Source: Camelus dromedarius (Eukaryota). Taken from it: a stretch of 64,000 bases of DNA. The stretch covers positions 54,314,001 through 54,378,000 of the forward strand of contig NC_087437.1 of assembly GCF_036321535.1 (NCBI RefSeq), read 5' to 3'. Under the pieces are notes generated by a model. It did not search any database and was not told where the DNA came from. It saw only the letters and a program-made list of their open reading frames with translations. How positions within the stretch are numbered: position 1 is the first letter of the stretch; each line of letters begins with the position of its first letter. This document shows positions 1 to 13,454 of this stretch, one piece after another. The position numbers were made by a program, and so were the translations under genes.

Positions 1-99
1 AGGCACAGGGGCGACAGGGAAATCTGAGCGAGTTGGAAAATGCAGCCCTGGGCTTTTTGAGGATTTTGTCCACATGCCGTGTCTGATAAAAACAACAAC

Positions 100-310
100 A
101 GTAACACCTAATGCTCAGAAAATGCTTTAGCATCCAGAGTACTTCCTCTGGTGTCATCTCATTTGATCTGCCCAAGAGGCTCTTGGGAAACATAAGACAA
201 AAATGATTTTTACTTCTGTTTAGTGCAAGGGCCAGATGACTGGCAAGACGACAGAGCTAGTAAGTGGCAAACTTGGGTCTTCTGCCTCCAGGTCGAAGCT
301 CAGTGCCCTT
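100..310 (-). mobile_element. MIR SINE (degenerate)
   Basis: Reverse MIR-like segments (tcatctcatttgatc...; acacagagctagtaagtggcaaacttgggtcttctgcctcc-like). Confidence 0.6.
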
Positions 311-465
311 TACCACCCCCTGGCAACTCCAACTTTTTGCTTTTCTCTCTGACTTGGTTTTGTTTTTCCTGCAGGGAACAATACTGGCAGATCTTCATGT
401 GGAAAGCCTGGGCTCATCCATGCTTTTAACAAATGGAAGATGAGAGACGAGGAGGAAAGAGGCAG

Positions 466-972
466 CGTATCAGTCACGGTCCAAGGAGGAAGAAGAGGAC
501 CCACTCAAAAGAGGGTGACCAAAGAGATTCATTAAAGGATAATTTATGAAGGTGTGGGCAGGGTTAAGAAAAACCAAGAGATAGTGATGCACCCTAAGGA
601 TAAAAGTAACTGAGAGCTCTAACCAGTCCTCAGGCTGAAAGGGCAAAGGAAGAGGCAGTTACCAGCACCTGGCAGTGAGCTGGGCAGGGCTGGGGAGCTA
701 GGAGAGGGCAGCCTAGCTGGAGATGCGACCTTTGGCAGACACACATGGCCACTGTCAACCGACAGCCCACAGAGATGGGGCTGGGGAAGATCTATCCTCA
801 CACCTCCCTTCTCCCACCTTCCAGTCATCTAATCAGTGCCAGGCTGAATCCAACCAGAAGCCAGAGGGCAGAGAGGAACCTACTGATCTCCACAGAGGTC
901 CACCTCCTGGAGAAGTGGGAAGAGGAGGCAGGAGAATGGATGTGGAGGGTCAGACAGAGAACACCCAGCACA
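466..972 (-). mobile_element. LTR33-like solo LTR (ERVL)
   Basis: Minus strand runs tgtgctgggtgttctctgtctgaccctccacatcc ... ccttaaccctgcccacaccttc-like ... gtgactgatacg, following the LTR33 consensus over about 500 bp. Confidence 0.85.
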
Positions 973-1609
973 CAGCTGCTGGCAGCTGCCACAGGCAGGA
1001 AGTTGGTTGCGCAGGGTACAGCACAGTCTGAGGGTCTGGGATTTGAGGGGAAGCCGTAGCCTGGTTGTCTCAAAGTGGAGTCACCCCAGAGCCCAGCTGC
1101 AGCTCTCTGGGAGCCAATCTGGCCCTGGGTCTCAGGGGAGCACAAGAAGAACCAGACCAAGAGCTCCCAAGAGACGCTACTAACCCCACAGGCAGGGCTG
1201 GCCATCCTGGGGGTGGGGTTTAAGTCCTAGTTCCTTCATCTTGCTGTGTGTCTCGAGACCCTTCATTTAATCTCTCTGAGTCCTTGTCTGTGAAATGAGT
1301 GTAATAACAGCAACCCCTGTACTTCCCGTCTCGGGACCGGCTGGCACTTTGCACACCGGGAAGCCATATAAAAATGCTGTGGGTTCCAAATGCCCTAAGC
1401 CACCTAAACCTCATTTGCTCTCTGTGAAACATGCTCCTAAGACCTAGATTTGTGGAAGGTCAAAGCCAAAGGAGCCCTAGGACCATCTCATCAGCCTTCT
1501 CTCCTAGGAAGGGAAGACACTGAGAAAGAGGCCCCACAGCTAGTGGCAAAGCTGGGGCCACTCAGGTGCCCTCCACAGGCCCCCGGTGCCCCTCCTAGCT
1601 GCCCTTGCA

Positions 1610-1820
1610 CATGACGTCAGATGACATAAAGGACAAGGAAGTGTTTGTCAATTGCATTGTGGTTATAACTGTAATTAATTACAATCTTGCCCCCATAAAC
1701 CTCTCCAGGGCTGAAAAGCCCCACCATTAACTGTCTTCAAGGGCCTGGCAAAATGTGAATATTTTACCAGCACAAAGCACATAAATACCCAAGTGCACAT
1801 CAGGAGGTGTGGTCATCAGG
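1610..1820. promoter_or_regulatory. Candidate enhancer (motif-dense unique sequence)
   Basis: CRE TGACGTCA 1612-1619, ETS AGGAAGTG 1636-1643, RUNX TGTGGTT 1658-1664, palindrome TGTAATTAATTACA 1670-1683, CCATAAA 1693-1699. Confidence 0.45.
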
Positions 1821-2344
1821 GTAGCTAAGGACAGGGTCCTGAAGGCACAGAACCCAGGACAGGTGAGCTGTGATGGGCAGCGTGTGGCTGGGACATGCAG
1901 GGCTCCCTAGGAAGGAAGGAAAGCTCAGGTGGGGTCATAAGCGGCTGAGAGTTTAGTCCCAACCCCAACTGGCTAGAGGAGGAATTGGCCAGAAGAGGCA
2001 AGCCCAGCCCCAGGAGGCTGAAGGACTTGCCAGGGCCTCCCTGAGAGCTGGCGGAAACGGGCTTCACTCGCAAGGCCCTTCTTAGCAGCCAGACCCTATG
2101 GGGCAGACATCAGCAGACATTTCCATGTGTTGACTCCTCAATGGAGAGTCTGTCTGTTGCAAGGGGATCACATGCTACACTGCCACTTTTCACCTGAAAG
2201 CCGAAATCTTAGCTCTTGGCCAAACTCTTCAGCTCCCAGACTGTCTGGACCAACTCACACTCCACTGAGCTGGCTCTGTTCTGCTTCTCTCATACTTCCC
2301 ATCACTTCCACCGCTCCTCTGCTCCACCGGGGCCAGCGACTCTT

Positions 2345-2470
2345 CCTTACGTTCATTCGACAGATGTTCGCTGAGCACCTACTACCCACTGGGCACAGCG
2401 CGTATCACTAGGAAGGCAGTGATGGAGCCCGGCCCTCAGAGAGCTGACTGCCAGAGGAGGTGATAGAAAC
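2345..2470 (-). mobile_element. L2 3' end fragment
   Basis: ttcattcgacagatgttcgctgagcacctacta matches the reverse L2 tail. Confidence 0.6.
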
Positions 2471-2639
2471 TGTCAGATTCTTCAGGAACAAAGGCATGAG
2501 CAAAGACAGGCTCAAGTCCAGAGCCCAGAGCTGAGCAGAGCCATCTACAGCTCCCAGAAGGGCCATCTTCATCCCAAGTATCCTAAATAGCACTGCACAC
2601 AGTGCACTCAGAGAGCCCGACCCTCTCTATAAAGACAAG

Positions 2640-2890
2640 GGCCGTGTAGTGTTGTGCCTCAGAACACAGGTAGGAGCCAGACTCCCTAGAAACAATTCCA
2701 GCCCCACTGCTTAGTGTATGACCTTGGGTAAGTGCCTTCACCTCTCTGAGCCTCCTTTTCCTCCTCTGAGTTATGGCACTAATTACAGTCTCTCCCTCAT
2801 GGCACCATTGTAAGAATTAGGTGGGGTGATCCGTGGCAGGTTCTGAGAACAGGTCCCAGCATGCCAAGTCCTCAATAAATAGTCACTGTT
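2640..2890 (+). mobile_element. MIR SINE
   Basis: tgaccttgggtaagtgccttcacctctctgagcctc core and ctcaataaatag tail. Confidence 0.8.
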
Positions 2891-3724
2891 CTTATAGGTA
2901 AACTGAAGCCACGGTGGGCTGTGACTCATCTAATGCCTCTCACCTAGTTAGGAGCAGATCCAGTGTTGGAACTTAAATGTGCCAGCTCCAGGCCAGCATT
3001 CTTTTCACCCCACCTACCACCTTCCCACCCAGGAATCCACAATGTGAATTTAGCCATATCCCATTTGAATGTTTAAACAAACAAGGAAATGGGAGATTGT
3101 ATTACCATACAGGGCCTTTCTTATTTGGGACACCAGAAAGGTCCTATTTCTTCCACTCAAGTAACCTCGTTGCCAACAGCCAATCACCTGCCTCACTTTC
3201 CTTGCTAAGGAAACTGAAGCCTCTGGCCTACCTCCCTGGGCAGCGCTCGGGCCGAGTATTTCCTCCCGGCCTTATCTCACTGAATCACTTTACCCCGGCA
3301 GCCCACATCTTTACAGTTACTTCCTCAACTCACTTCTCTGCTTAGATTGAGTGCTGTTTTCACAATCCCCTTGGCTGGAGCTTTGCAAAGAGGTGCAGAA
3401 TCCGTTAGGCTCCGATGTGAAGATCTGGGCCCTGCAATGGGCCCGCGGATCCACGCAGTCACAGCCGGTGTGGTGGCCAGCCAACGCCAGGATTCAGGGA
3501 AATGCACACACACGGCGTAGTTGTGACACACCAAAGCGCATTTAACAGCCCACTGAAAACTCACAGCCTGAGCCCTAACTGCTTACTGATTCCACTGAAT
3601 CACAAAGTGTTAGAGCTCGGTGCAACTTTAGAAATGATTTGTTCTGTTCTCCCTCTTTTGTAGGAGTGCTAAAGGCTTAGAGTGGAAATTAGAATAAAGG
3701 GTAACAGAGCTCCGGGGTTCAGAG

Positions 3725-3950
3725 TTCAACCCTGTAGCCAAATGGTCCAGGTTCACTCCTGACACACCGATGACTGTGAGGCTTTGGCCAAGTTACTTCA
3801 TGTCTCTGCGCCTCCATTTGCTTATCAGTAAAAAGAGGGTAAAAGCTCATACCTTATAGGATGCCCTGAGAATTAAATAAGTTAATAACTTAATGGAGTG
3901 CTTAGAACAGTACCTGGCCCATAAGCACCTTATGTTTGTAAAATAAATCA
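3725..3950 (+). mobile_element. MIR SINE
   Basis: ttggccaagttacttcatgtctctgcgcctccatttgcttatcagtaaaa ... gtgcttagaacagtacctggc. Confidence 0.8.
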
Positions 3951-5019
3951 GGAAGAGAGGTGATCGTGTGAGTTCCTGTCATTCACATGCCCGCTCCGGG
4001 CACTCAGACTGGATTAACTTGTCCCTAGGGGCCCCTTCCTTTCACTGTCATGCTGACTGCATTTCCTTCCTGGGACGTTGAGGCCTAGAAGTCCCACACT
4101 GGGCTGTTCTCTGAGATGCCAAAGCAGCTCTTTGGAAGGCAGAGCTTGACCACCAGGGACTACACTCACCTGGCTGAGGCAAAAACCTTTGCAGCTTTCA
4201 TGCTCGCCTTGGCCTCAGCCAAAGCCATTGCAGGAGGCTCCTCCGGAGCGTGGGATGGAGTCGGCACACCAGCCGGAGGTCCCTGTGGGATGACCCTGTG
4301 CACAGTTCCTCCTCCCTCCCTCCCTCTCTGCCTCTCTCTGAGCCATCTCCTGTTTGAGCTCTTGAAAGTAGCTGGGGACTCACAGAATCTTCTCTCTGGT
4401 TCCAGCCAGGTATTCTCCTTTGGGCCCTGATTTCATTAAAATAGCTCTATGATTTATTTGGTTCCGCTGCTCTGGGGTTTTGAGAGTGGGGAGAAGAGAC
4501 AAGGTGCAAATCAGACGTGTGCAAAGGGTTCTAATTCAGAGGATGCACTACTCACTGAAGAAGAGAAAAGAGTGCCAGCCGCCTTATATGGTGCCTGATA
4601 CAAGACTTGAGAGGAAGAAAAGCTCTCCAGACACCTGGAGATCCTCACTGGAGTGAGGTTGTCCTTATACCCTTCTTCTATGTGAGCTACGCCATAGCTC
4701 AAGCCCTCATCACTCTCTCCTTACACCCAGGCCTCTCAGCTGAGCCCCCTCGTCTTCAGTCCTCCTGCAGTCCACCTGCTCTCCCTGCTAAATTTCCACT
4801 CCAAGAGCCAGCTTCTCATTATTCCATTGTCCTACTCAGACACTCCCAGTCTCCCTGCAGCTTCCAGGACAAAGTCAAACTCCTCACTGGCCCTCAAGTC
4901 CCACTGGTCTTAACCCCTTACCGTTCCCCATCAAATTCTGCTGTGCTTTTCCATTCTGAGCTGCCATTCTTTATCCTCCTCCAGGAATACCTCACCACTG
5001 TACCTCCATGGAAATCATG

Positions 5020-5205
5020 GGCTCTAATCATTTACACGCTGGGTGGCCTTGGGAAAGTTACTTAACCTCTCTGGGCCTCAGGGTCTTCATTTACAAAATG
5101 ATGCTACCTAAGAGGGCAGGGCTTTCATGAGGAAGAATTAAGATAACATACAAGGACTTAGCACAGTACCTAGAACATAGTAAGAGCTGAACAAAAGTTA
5201 GCTAT
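5020..5205 (+). mobile_element. MIR SINE
   Basis: ccttgggaaagttacttaacctctctgggcctcag ... cttagcacagtacctagaacatagtaag. Confidence 0.85.
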
Positions 5206-8200
5206 AATAATAACCATAATCATAATGATGTCGGTGATTGTTCTGTCATAAGCCATTTCCTCCACACAGCCTTCTATGATCTCGCAACCAAGTACTAGTT
5301 TTCTTTCTTTTGAAGCTTCCCTGTCCTGTGGCTATCCCCATGCTCTGCACGATTTCACAGTGATTTTTCCACTTATTTCTACTCCCTCTTTGCAAACAGA
5401 GACTGTGATGGACCTACCTCTGTCTCATCTAAAAATGGATTCTAGCATTTCATAGGTGCTCAGTAAAGGTTTCTTTTATTCGAATGTTCCTCTGGACCAT
5501 AAATGGAAGGCCAGAGAAAATCCATGGTGATCCTGAGATGCCTGGGGGTAATGGGTCCCTCTTCAGAAATAATGAGACAGAGCCAATCACCATTGGACTC
5601 TGCCTGGATGGACACGCAGCACAGCCTGGGCAGCCAAAGGGACTGACAGGTCAGTTCAGTGAACTTTGCCCTCATGCCCTAACATCCACTTCTCGAAGCC
5701 TGGACCAGCGCTGGTCTTGGTTATGAGAAAGAACAGAGGAAGTGAGTACAGGGGACGAAGTGCTGCGTTTATCACCGGGAATCTGCTTGGCAAATGGGAG
5801 AAGGGGCAGGGAAGAGGTCCTATTTTCTGAGACTTGGGGAAGGAAGACGGGAGTGGGAGGGAAATGATCTGTGGCTTATTCTCTTCCAAGCTCAAAGGGT
5901 AGATGCTGCCTTTGTACTTGGAATTGACTGGAAGACTCTCCTTCTGGTTACATGGAGCTCCAAAGCTCGCTGCGGGTGAACTCAAAGGGGTCCCAGCTTT
6001 CTGCTTCATCTGAACTGCAAGCCTCGGTTGGCAGGCACACAGTTGCCTCTGCCCCAAGCTGGCCTCATTTGAAATTCCCTGTGTTGCTGTCATGGCCAGA
6101 GCTAAAACCAGGTCCCAAAACTCCGTGGCTCTGGGCTGTAGGTCAGTTCACTTACAGTAGCTGTCTCTTCTAAGTTCTAATCTGAAGAGACAGGCTGGCC
6201 CATCCCACACCTCCCAGGAGCCTACATTTGAAGGAAGCCCCAGTGATCATGCAGTCTAGTCTAACTCTGGCCCCAAGAGGAAGGGTCACACCACCAGGCA
6301 ATGATGGAGCCAAGCCTGGTACACAGAGCTCTGGCCTCCAGTCCAGTGCATTTTTCATTCACCCAAGAAGCCCCCACTGGCTGTTCCATCCAAGGACATA
6401 ACCCACAGAGAAAGGAGGAGGTTGTGAAATGCTTCCACTGGAAGCCCAGGGCTGGCCGAAAGCCCAGATGGTTCTCTCCTAACCCTCCTAACCCAGTCAC
6501 AATTCAGCAGTTTTCATCCCACTCGTCCATGTGAACCCTCTTCCCTACAAGGTCAAGGCCTGCCTCCCAGTGAGCAGCCAAGCTGACTTCTGCTTGCACC
6601 TTCCCGGACACCTCCACTGGCAAGACCTTTCCATTGAGTAACCAACCACCTTGTGCAAACTGACTCTTCCTTGTCCTCCACAATTACTCGGCAACTCTGC
6701 AAAACAGTAACCCAACTGTTTATTCTTATTTCAAGTTCAAGATTGAAGAGCTACTTGGGTATTTTTTTCTTTCCCTTGAGGAAGTTACGAGGGACCCAAG
6801 GGTCTTTTGATCTTTGGCTCTTGACTGTGAGCTCGACATGCCCCCATCTTCTGCTGGACCCCCAGTCTGTGCCAGGTGACACAGGATGGGCCAGGGAGGA
6901 AAAAGGATATCTCTCCAGAGGGAAGATGCCCCCCAAATGGAAACTGGCCACTCACCAAACTTTCCCCCACCCCCAACCCCAGGGCCTCTAACCTCCTCAT
7001 GCTCCCACCACACCCCGCCAGCCGGGGTTATCTCCCCCTAAGTTTGCTCTGCAGTTTTATCATTTACAAAGCACTTTAACCTCATTGTGTGTGATGTCCA
7101 GGACCTCCCTGAGGGGTGGGCATGGCAGGTTTTCACAATGGAGAGGAGATAATCATATATATTTATGTATCTATCTGGGGGTGATCTGACCAAGTTGACA
7201 TAGAAAGCTGTGGAGTCAGCCTCCTGACTCCAAGTCCAGTGCTCCTGGTAATCTATCTTCTCCCAGACACTCTCAACAGTATCCATTTTGCACAGTCAGC
7301 TAAAAGGAGCTTTCTGGATCACCATCTTTCTCAGAAGACTCTCACATTCACGGAGCTTCAGAGATTCCTCATGCCTACAGGATAAAATGCCAATGATTCG
7401 GCTGGTCCTTCAAAGCCCTCCCCAGAGTGACCTCAAAGTGTCCCCTCAGTATTATTGCCACTGCTTCTGTCTGGCGGGTCTAATTGAATGTCCTCTGCAC
7501 TTTTTAAACCTTTGGACCTTTATCCTGTGGCTTTCCGGGACCTCCCTCCCCACACTTCAACCCAGATCTAGCCTTCAAGATGCTGCTTCATCAAGGGCTA
7601 CCTCCTGCTGGAAGTTTCCCTGGATACCCTCAGCCCACAACGAACTCTCCCTTGCGACATTCCTTAGTTTGTGTCAGCCACGGTACTCTCGTGGTCTCAG
7701 AGAGAGCCTGTATCAGGCAGGATGGACCTATATGTGGCCGTTTCCCACCTCAGCCCAGCCCAGGGCTGGGCTTTGCACATCAGAGGAGGATCAATCACGT
7801 GCATCTATTGGTAGTTCTCTACTAAATATCAGTTTCAAGAAAATTTGGGATAGGATTTGCCTTATCATGACCAAACAAGTCAGAAACACCGGAAAAAATG
7901 TTGGCTCAAAAGTAAAAATCTTCTATTCCATAGCTTAAGTATTTAATGCACTGCTTTTCTCAGAGAATGAGGAGGAACAGTAGGGTGGAGAAGGAAGGGG
8001 TGGAGAGGGATGGCTCAAGTTCAGATCAAAGGGGCCTGATTCCCATCTCTAGGTCCTCGGAGACCTAGAATGAACACACAGCACTGTGGGTCACCAGTGG
8101 CATCCTTGTGCCATTCAGCTTGGAGCCTCAGTATTCTCAACTGGAAAACGTGGGTGATTTCCCCTGCCTGGCCCATCTCACTGGATAATAGATGTGAATG

Positions 8201-9774
8201 TTCTGCATAAGTATAAATGCTAGACCTAGAGGAGAGGTGGTTAATTTCCAAGCCCAGGCCACCCCTTCCTCCCCACTCCTGCCCGCGTCTTACCTCTGTC
8301 AAAATCTATGAGACCATTTGGATCTATAGAGAATCATATGTTCCCCACCTACGCTGATGACCGATGGCCTTCTGATGCTGAAAATGTCCCATGATCCTTG
8401 AACTATTATTAGGGATGGTTACATTGGCAGAGGGAGGCTATAAACAGCCAGCACGGGCATCATTAACCTCTGGGTTTCCCATTTCAGGAGCCAGTTTCAA
8501 AATAAAACCTTTGGGGAGAGTGCATATCTGCAGTTCTTCACAACACACTGAAAGGAAAGGGAATTACACTTTGTGAGATTGGGGAAGCTGTCTTCCATGA
8601 GTTTGCTCAGCCCCTGCCCTTAACCCTGGAATGTTGGTTCCAAACTGCTACTTGGGCCTTAAAGTTCAGCCAAGTTGGGTGGACTTCTGGGTTCTTCCTC
8701 TGCTGGCTGGTCTGAGACGTGTCCCAGGAGAAATATCCACAACTACAAATGGGGCAGAGTCTCAAGGAACAGCAAGGGGGTCAGGGAGGGAGGAGCTCAG
8801 GGTGGAGGGACTCTGGGGCTCTCACTCCCAAGCCCATGCCTGCCCTGGAGCTACCCGTGGGGATTTACACCTCCCACAGTTTCATTTGAAATACCCTTGA
8901 GTTCCAGGTTCCCATGGCCTAATAGGCTGCAGCAAACCATTCTCTTATCGCCCCCTTCCCCTGACACACATTTGTAACCTCGCTTCATTTACCGCCCCCA
9001 CCTCCTCTAAAGCAGCCGGGATATTTTAAAACCCTTGTTTTGATCTTCTTTGCATATCAGTTACACTATTTCTGAGCGTGTTTATTTTTATTTTTTTTTC
9101 CGGTGGTGAGCCCGTTGCTTTGAGCCGTCTGCTCGCACGTTTCCACTTCCCCTCACTTTCCTGTGCACTGCTGTGGCCTCCCGGCCTGTGGCTCAGGCTA
9201 GACTGAATGGTTCTCATGGGGCTGTGGCCTTTGAAGGAGCCAGGGGAAGTAGGTTCTCCTACCCCTGGTGCTCCATCGCTCCTGACATCTGCAGAGACAA
9301 GATAAAATTTCAGTTATGTTTTCTCTGCCTCATCTCCCCCAAAAAGCAGTTCTGATGATCAGTCTGGGGGATGGGGGTAGGAGAAGGGCCCTGGACTGGG
9401 AGTGAGAGAAACCAGAGTTTTAGTTCCAACTTTGACACTGACCTTGAAAAAATTCTCTACCCAATTTGGGTCAGACTTAAAATTTCTAAACTTCTTCTGG
9501 CTCTAACTTTCTAGGATTCCAGCCAACATAGGGATGCTGTTCTATCAACCAGAAAAGTAACTTCTATGCTGAGAATTAGCTTAGGGCCAGGTTCTGAGAT
9601 GGACATGTTGGAGATACAGGAATGACTGTGACACCCCCATCTCAGGCTGTGATGGTTGGAATCTGTGGGACAGAGCATCCCTTCCTGATAGGATCTTGTA
9701 AAATGTGTGTGATATGACTTGTGAAAAGTCTAAGCTAAACCCTTCTAGTGAGTCATGATATACTTCTCAGCCCA

Positions 9775-9935
9775 CATGCTTCCCAATATTTTTCGTATCA
9801 CAGCATCCTTAGAAAGTGATAGTATTTGTACAGCATACTGGGAAAATGAACAGTTATTCTTGCATGGTGGCAACCAATCCATTGATTCTGGTCACTCTAA
9901 GGACTAAGAAGACAATATTTGTGCCCTTTGGAGTT
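9775..9935. mobile_element. Ancient hAT-type DNA transposon (MER) fragment, subfamily uncertain
   Basis: ttcccaatatttttcgtatcacagcatccttagaaagtgatagtatttgtacagcatactggg resembles a hAT-Charlie MITE. Confidence 0.45.
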
Positions 9936-10049
9936 TCAGATTTGGGAATCTTTGGTTGAAAGGATTAAGACAGCTCCTTATCTAGCCAGAAAAGCAATGG
10001 TGTTCTGGCTTATGGAAAAGCACAAAATTTTGGAGATGGTAGAACAGAT

Positions 10050-10390
10050 GAAAAAGTGGGTCCTGAAACCAGATCATGGGATTCAGATAGAGAATCCTCC
10101 ATTTGCCAGCTCTTGGGGAACACCAAAGTTTGGTTTCTTCTGTCTTGGAAAATGGAAATAGTAGTATTTTCAACCTGCATAGGACTGAATAAGGTAGTGC
10201 ACCTCGGCTCACTCTAAGTACTTGATAAATGTTAGCTATTATTGTTATGGCTAGTGTGAGACAGGAAATTAAATGTCATTTGGTTCAGTCCTCTCCATTT
10301 GAGAGAAAAGGAAACTGACTTGATCAAAGTCACAGAGCGAGTTAGTAGCTGAGATGGAACTAGAACCCAAGTCTTCTGATTTCAGTCCTA
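10050..10390. mobile_element. Two MIR fragments (+ then -)
   Basis: aaaatggaaatagtagta...gataaatgttagctatt, then aaagtcacagagcgagttagtagctgagatggaactagaacccaagtcttctga. Confidence 0.7.
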
Positions 10391-10949
10391 TACTTTTATA
10401 TAATAAAAGAAATGACACCTCAGTCTGCATTAAAAAAAATCCAAATACCTAAGTACTGAGGGTGGGCTCTCCTTCCCTGAAGACGCTTTGAAGATGGGAC
10501 TATTCATATTTGTTTTTAATTGGTTACCAGTGACCCTGCCTTAGGCATAGTCATGAGTGAAATCACCTCCCGAAGGTATGCCTTATATTCCAAGTAGGTA
10601 GCAGAAGGCCAGCTTCCTCGGCTTCAGAAAGGATGGGAACAGGTGCAGCGCTACGTATCTGGCATCCCAGATGCCGAAGGCACCGAGTCATCGATCCAGA
10701 AGTCCCATTTTACGTATGAACGTACTGAATATCTGGTTCACTCAGAGTCACACGCCATGTTCAACAGCAAAATGAAGACTAAAACTTAGAGCTCAGACTT
10801 GCTGCTCATGCCCTTCCCACAGAGCTCCCGAAGAGAGGTAGGACTGAAAACTCACTGTCTGCAGACACTGACCGTGTCACCTATGGCTGTAAATATACTG
10901 ACTTGCCCTGTCAACTCAATTACTCACGTAAATGTGTTTTCTTCTTTTC

Positions 10950-11570
10950 TTTTTTTCTACCAGCCCCAAAGGATAAAGGCAACTTATAGAAATACAATAA
11001 CCAATAATGCGGCATGCATAAAAATAAATTCTAATATCTTAGAAAGAGACCATAGTATATCCAGGTGCATGCTGTCCAATGTGGTAGCCACCAGGTACGT
11101 ATGTCTATTTAAATTTAAATTAATTAAAACTAAATATAACAAAAAATATTGGCTTCCCAGGTTCACTATCCACCTTTCAAGTTCTCAGTGGCCACATATG
11201 GCCAATGGCCATGATTGTAGAACGTTCTACTGGCCACTGCTGTCTAGACAGATAACCAGGTCCTATAGCTTTATACATCTGCAATAATTCAGCCAAGATT
11301 TTGGCTCTGGGTTTTGTGTTAGCAAAGCTAAAAGAATAAAGTCAGCATGTCATTACCAGTTCCTCAAGGGAAACAAAGACTTGTCAGCCCTTAGACTTAA
11401 AAGAATTCCTCGAATAGGGCTTTATAGAAAGGGCACTGAGTGACATGGCAAATCATGTCCTCTAAACCATGAGGGACAGTGTAGTCACAAACTTCAATAT
11501 CAGTTTTTATACCAATTCACTATAAAAGTCGAGGGTATAATTCACCCAAATTCAACCTAAATGAGAACGC
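10950..11570 (-). mobile_element. L4/RTE-X LINE remnant interrupted by MER3
   Basis: ccaaaggataaaggcaactta and tttggctctgggttttgtgttagcaaagctaaaag resemble the L4 3' region; related motif at ~21700 and ~50450. Confidence 0.45.
11067..11242 (-). mobile_element. MER3 (hAT-Charlie MITE) with internal deletion
   Basis: gctgtccaatgtggtagccac ... tatttaaatttaaattaattaaaa ... ttcaagttctcagtggccacat; flanked on the right by a TCTAGA-type hAT target. Confidence 0.85.
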
Positions 11571-13162
11571 TTCTATTCGGGGGCAGAGGTGGGGGGAGGC
11601 GGGAGGGACACTTACTTACTTGGCCCTAGGGAGAACACCTTAGCAATGTTGGTCAGGTGAGGTTGCTCTCAGGGAATGCTAAGATTTGTGCTGAGGCCCA
11701 AATGTCACTGGAGATCAGGAAGAAGAGCATCTAACAGAGGGGAAAGCAGGTGTAAAGGTCCCCAGGTTGGAAAGCATTAGAGAGTTTGAGCGAGAAAAAG
11801 GCCGGTGAACGTTGTGGGCAAGGCTGAGAGTGGAAGGAGAAGATGCTAGACAGGTAGTCAGGGGATGGGTCCTGTGGGGCTTTACAGGTCATGGTAAGAG
11901 GAGCTGGCAGAGAGGTGACATTGTAATTATGATTCTAGAAACATCATTCCTGCGATGGAATGATGTATGTATGGAAAATGATGAAGGCAAAAGTCTAGAC
12001 AGGAAGAATATGATGGCAGTTAGAATAAGCAGTGGAGACGATGAAAAAAAGCTTAAACTGACATGTATTTTAGATGTAAGGTCAATAGGACTTGCTGGTG
12101 GATTAAACATGGGGTTTGAGGGAAATACCGATAACTAGAATGATTCAGTTGTTGACCCTGAGCAAATAGCTAGAAGGCTCAAGACCACCGACCGTGCCAG
12201 GGAAGACTTGGGGAGGAGGAGCTAACGGAGGGGGAAGGATAAATCAATTGTTTGGTTTGAGTCATGGTTTGTGCGCAATACCTATTAGATATTCAATTAG
12301 AGTTACCAAGGCTGGAGCTCAAGGGAGAAGTCAGATGAAAACAGAGATTTGGAGTTATCTGCATAAAGATAATACATTAAAGCCATGGGACTCTATGAAT
12401 TTATCTAGGAAAAGTAAGACAGAATTGAGACAAGAACCCCAGAGTACTCCAAAATTTAATGTAGAGGAGGAAGAGCCTGACAAGGGGACAAGAAGGTAAG
12501 GGCAAATGAGGTGAAGGCAGAATCACAGAAGCCTGGAGAAGGAGACATTCAAAGAAGAAGAAAGGAGCAACCATATCGATTTCTACTGAAGAGTCCAGTT
12601 AGTTGAGCACCTTTTGGCTTTAGAAACAAGTCCATCACGTGGTGACCTTGATAAGGGCTGTTAAGTGGAGTGACAGGATCAGAAGAAGTCTGGAGCATTG
12701 TGGAGAAGAGAATGAGAGTTAACGAAGGGAAACAGGAAATGTAGATCTTACTTTTTGAAGGTTTTTTGTAAAGGCATCAGAGAAATGGGGTGGTGGCTGT
12801 GAGGATATGCAGGGTAAGGGAGAGTTGTTACTGTTTTTTAATGGGTATTACAATAGTTGTGATACAGACATATCTGTACTCTGATAGAATGGATGTAACA
12901 GGATAAGAGAAAATGACTTTGCAGGAGAGAAGCACACGCAAGGAAGACAGGATCCAGAGGACACATGGGAGACTTGACCTTAGGGGCTGTGACACGGCTC
13001 CCACTTAACAGGAGGAGGCAGCATACGTGGGTACAGATGCCGGTGAGATAAGGAGTTGGTGGTGGAAAAATAGAATAATTTCCTCTGACAGCAAAAAAGG
13101 AAGATCATCTTCCTGGGGGATGGAGAGGGTGAAGCATGGTGGAGACTTAAAGGAGGGAGGCA

Positions 13163-13372
13163 TAAAATTATGAAAGCAAATATATGTATGTATATGCAAG
13201 ATTGGGACATTGTGCTGTGCACCAGAAACTGACACATTGTAATTGACTGCACTTCAATAAAAATAAGTAAATAAACTAAAAATTAAAGTAAAAGAAAGAA
13301 AGAAAGAAGGAAGGAAGGAAGGAAGGAAAGAAGGAAGGAAGGAAGGAAGGAAGGAAGGAAGGAAGGAAGGAA

Positions 13373-13446
<74 letters not shown>

Positions 13447-13454
13447 GAAAGAAT
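13163..13454 (+). mobile_element. Very short lineage-specific L1 3' end whose tail is a microsatellite
   Basis: gtgctgtgcaccagaaactgacacattgtaattgactgcacttcaataaaaa; perfect 16-bp TSD ttaaaggagggaggca at 13147-13162 and 13455-13470. Confidence 0.9.
13290..13450 (+). repeat. (GAAA)n/(GGAA)n compound microsatellite
   Basis: Directly visible tetranucleotide arrays. Confidence 0.98.

Noticed and set aside
7288..7938. Longest ORF (216 aa)
   Set aside because: Non-ATG start, overlaps L2-like sequence, no recognisable domain
11579..11607. Possible G-quadruplex
   Set aside because: Common motif with no functional context
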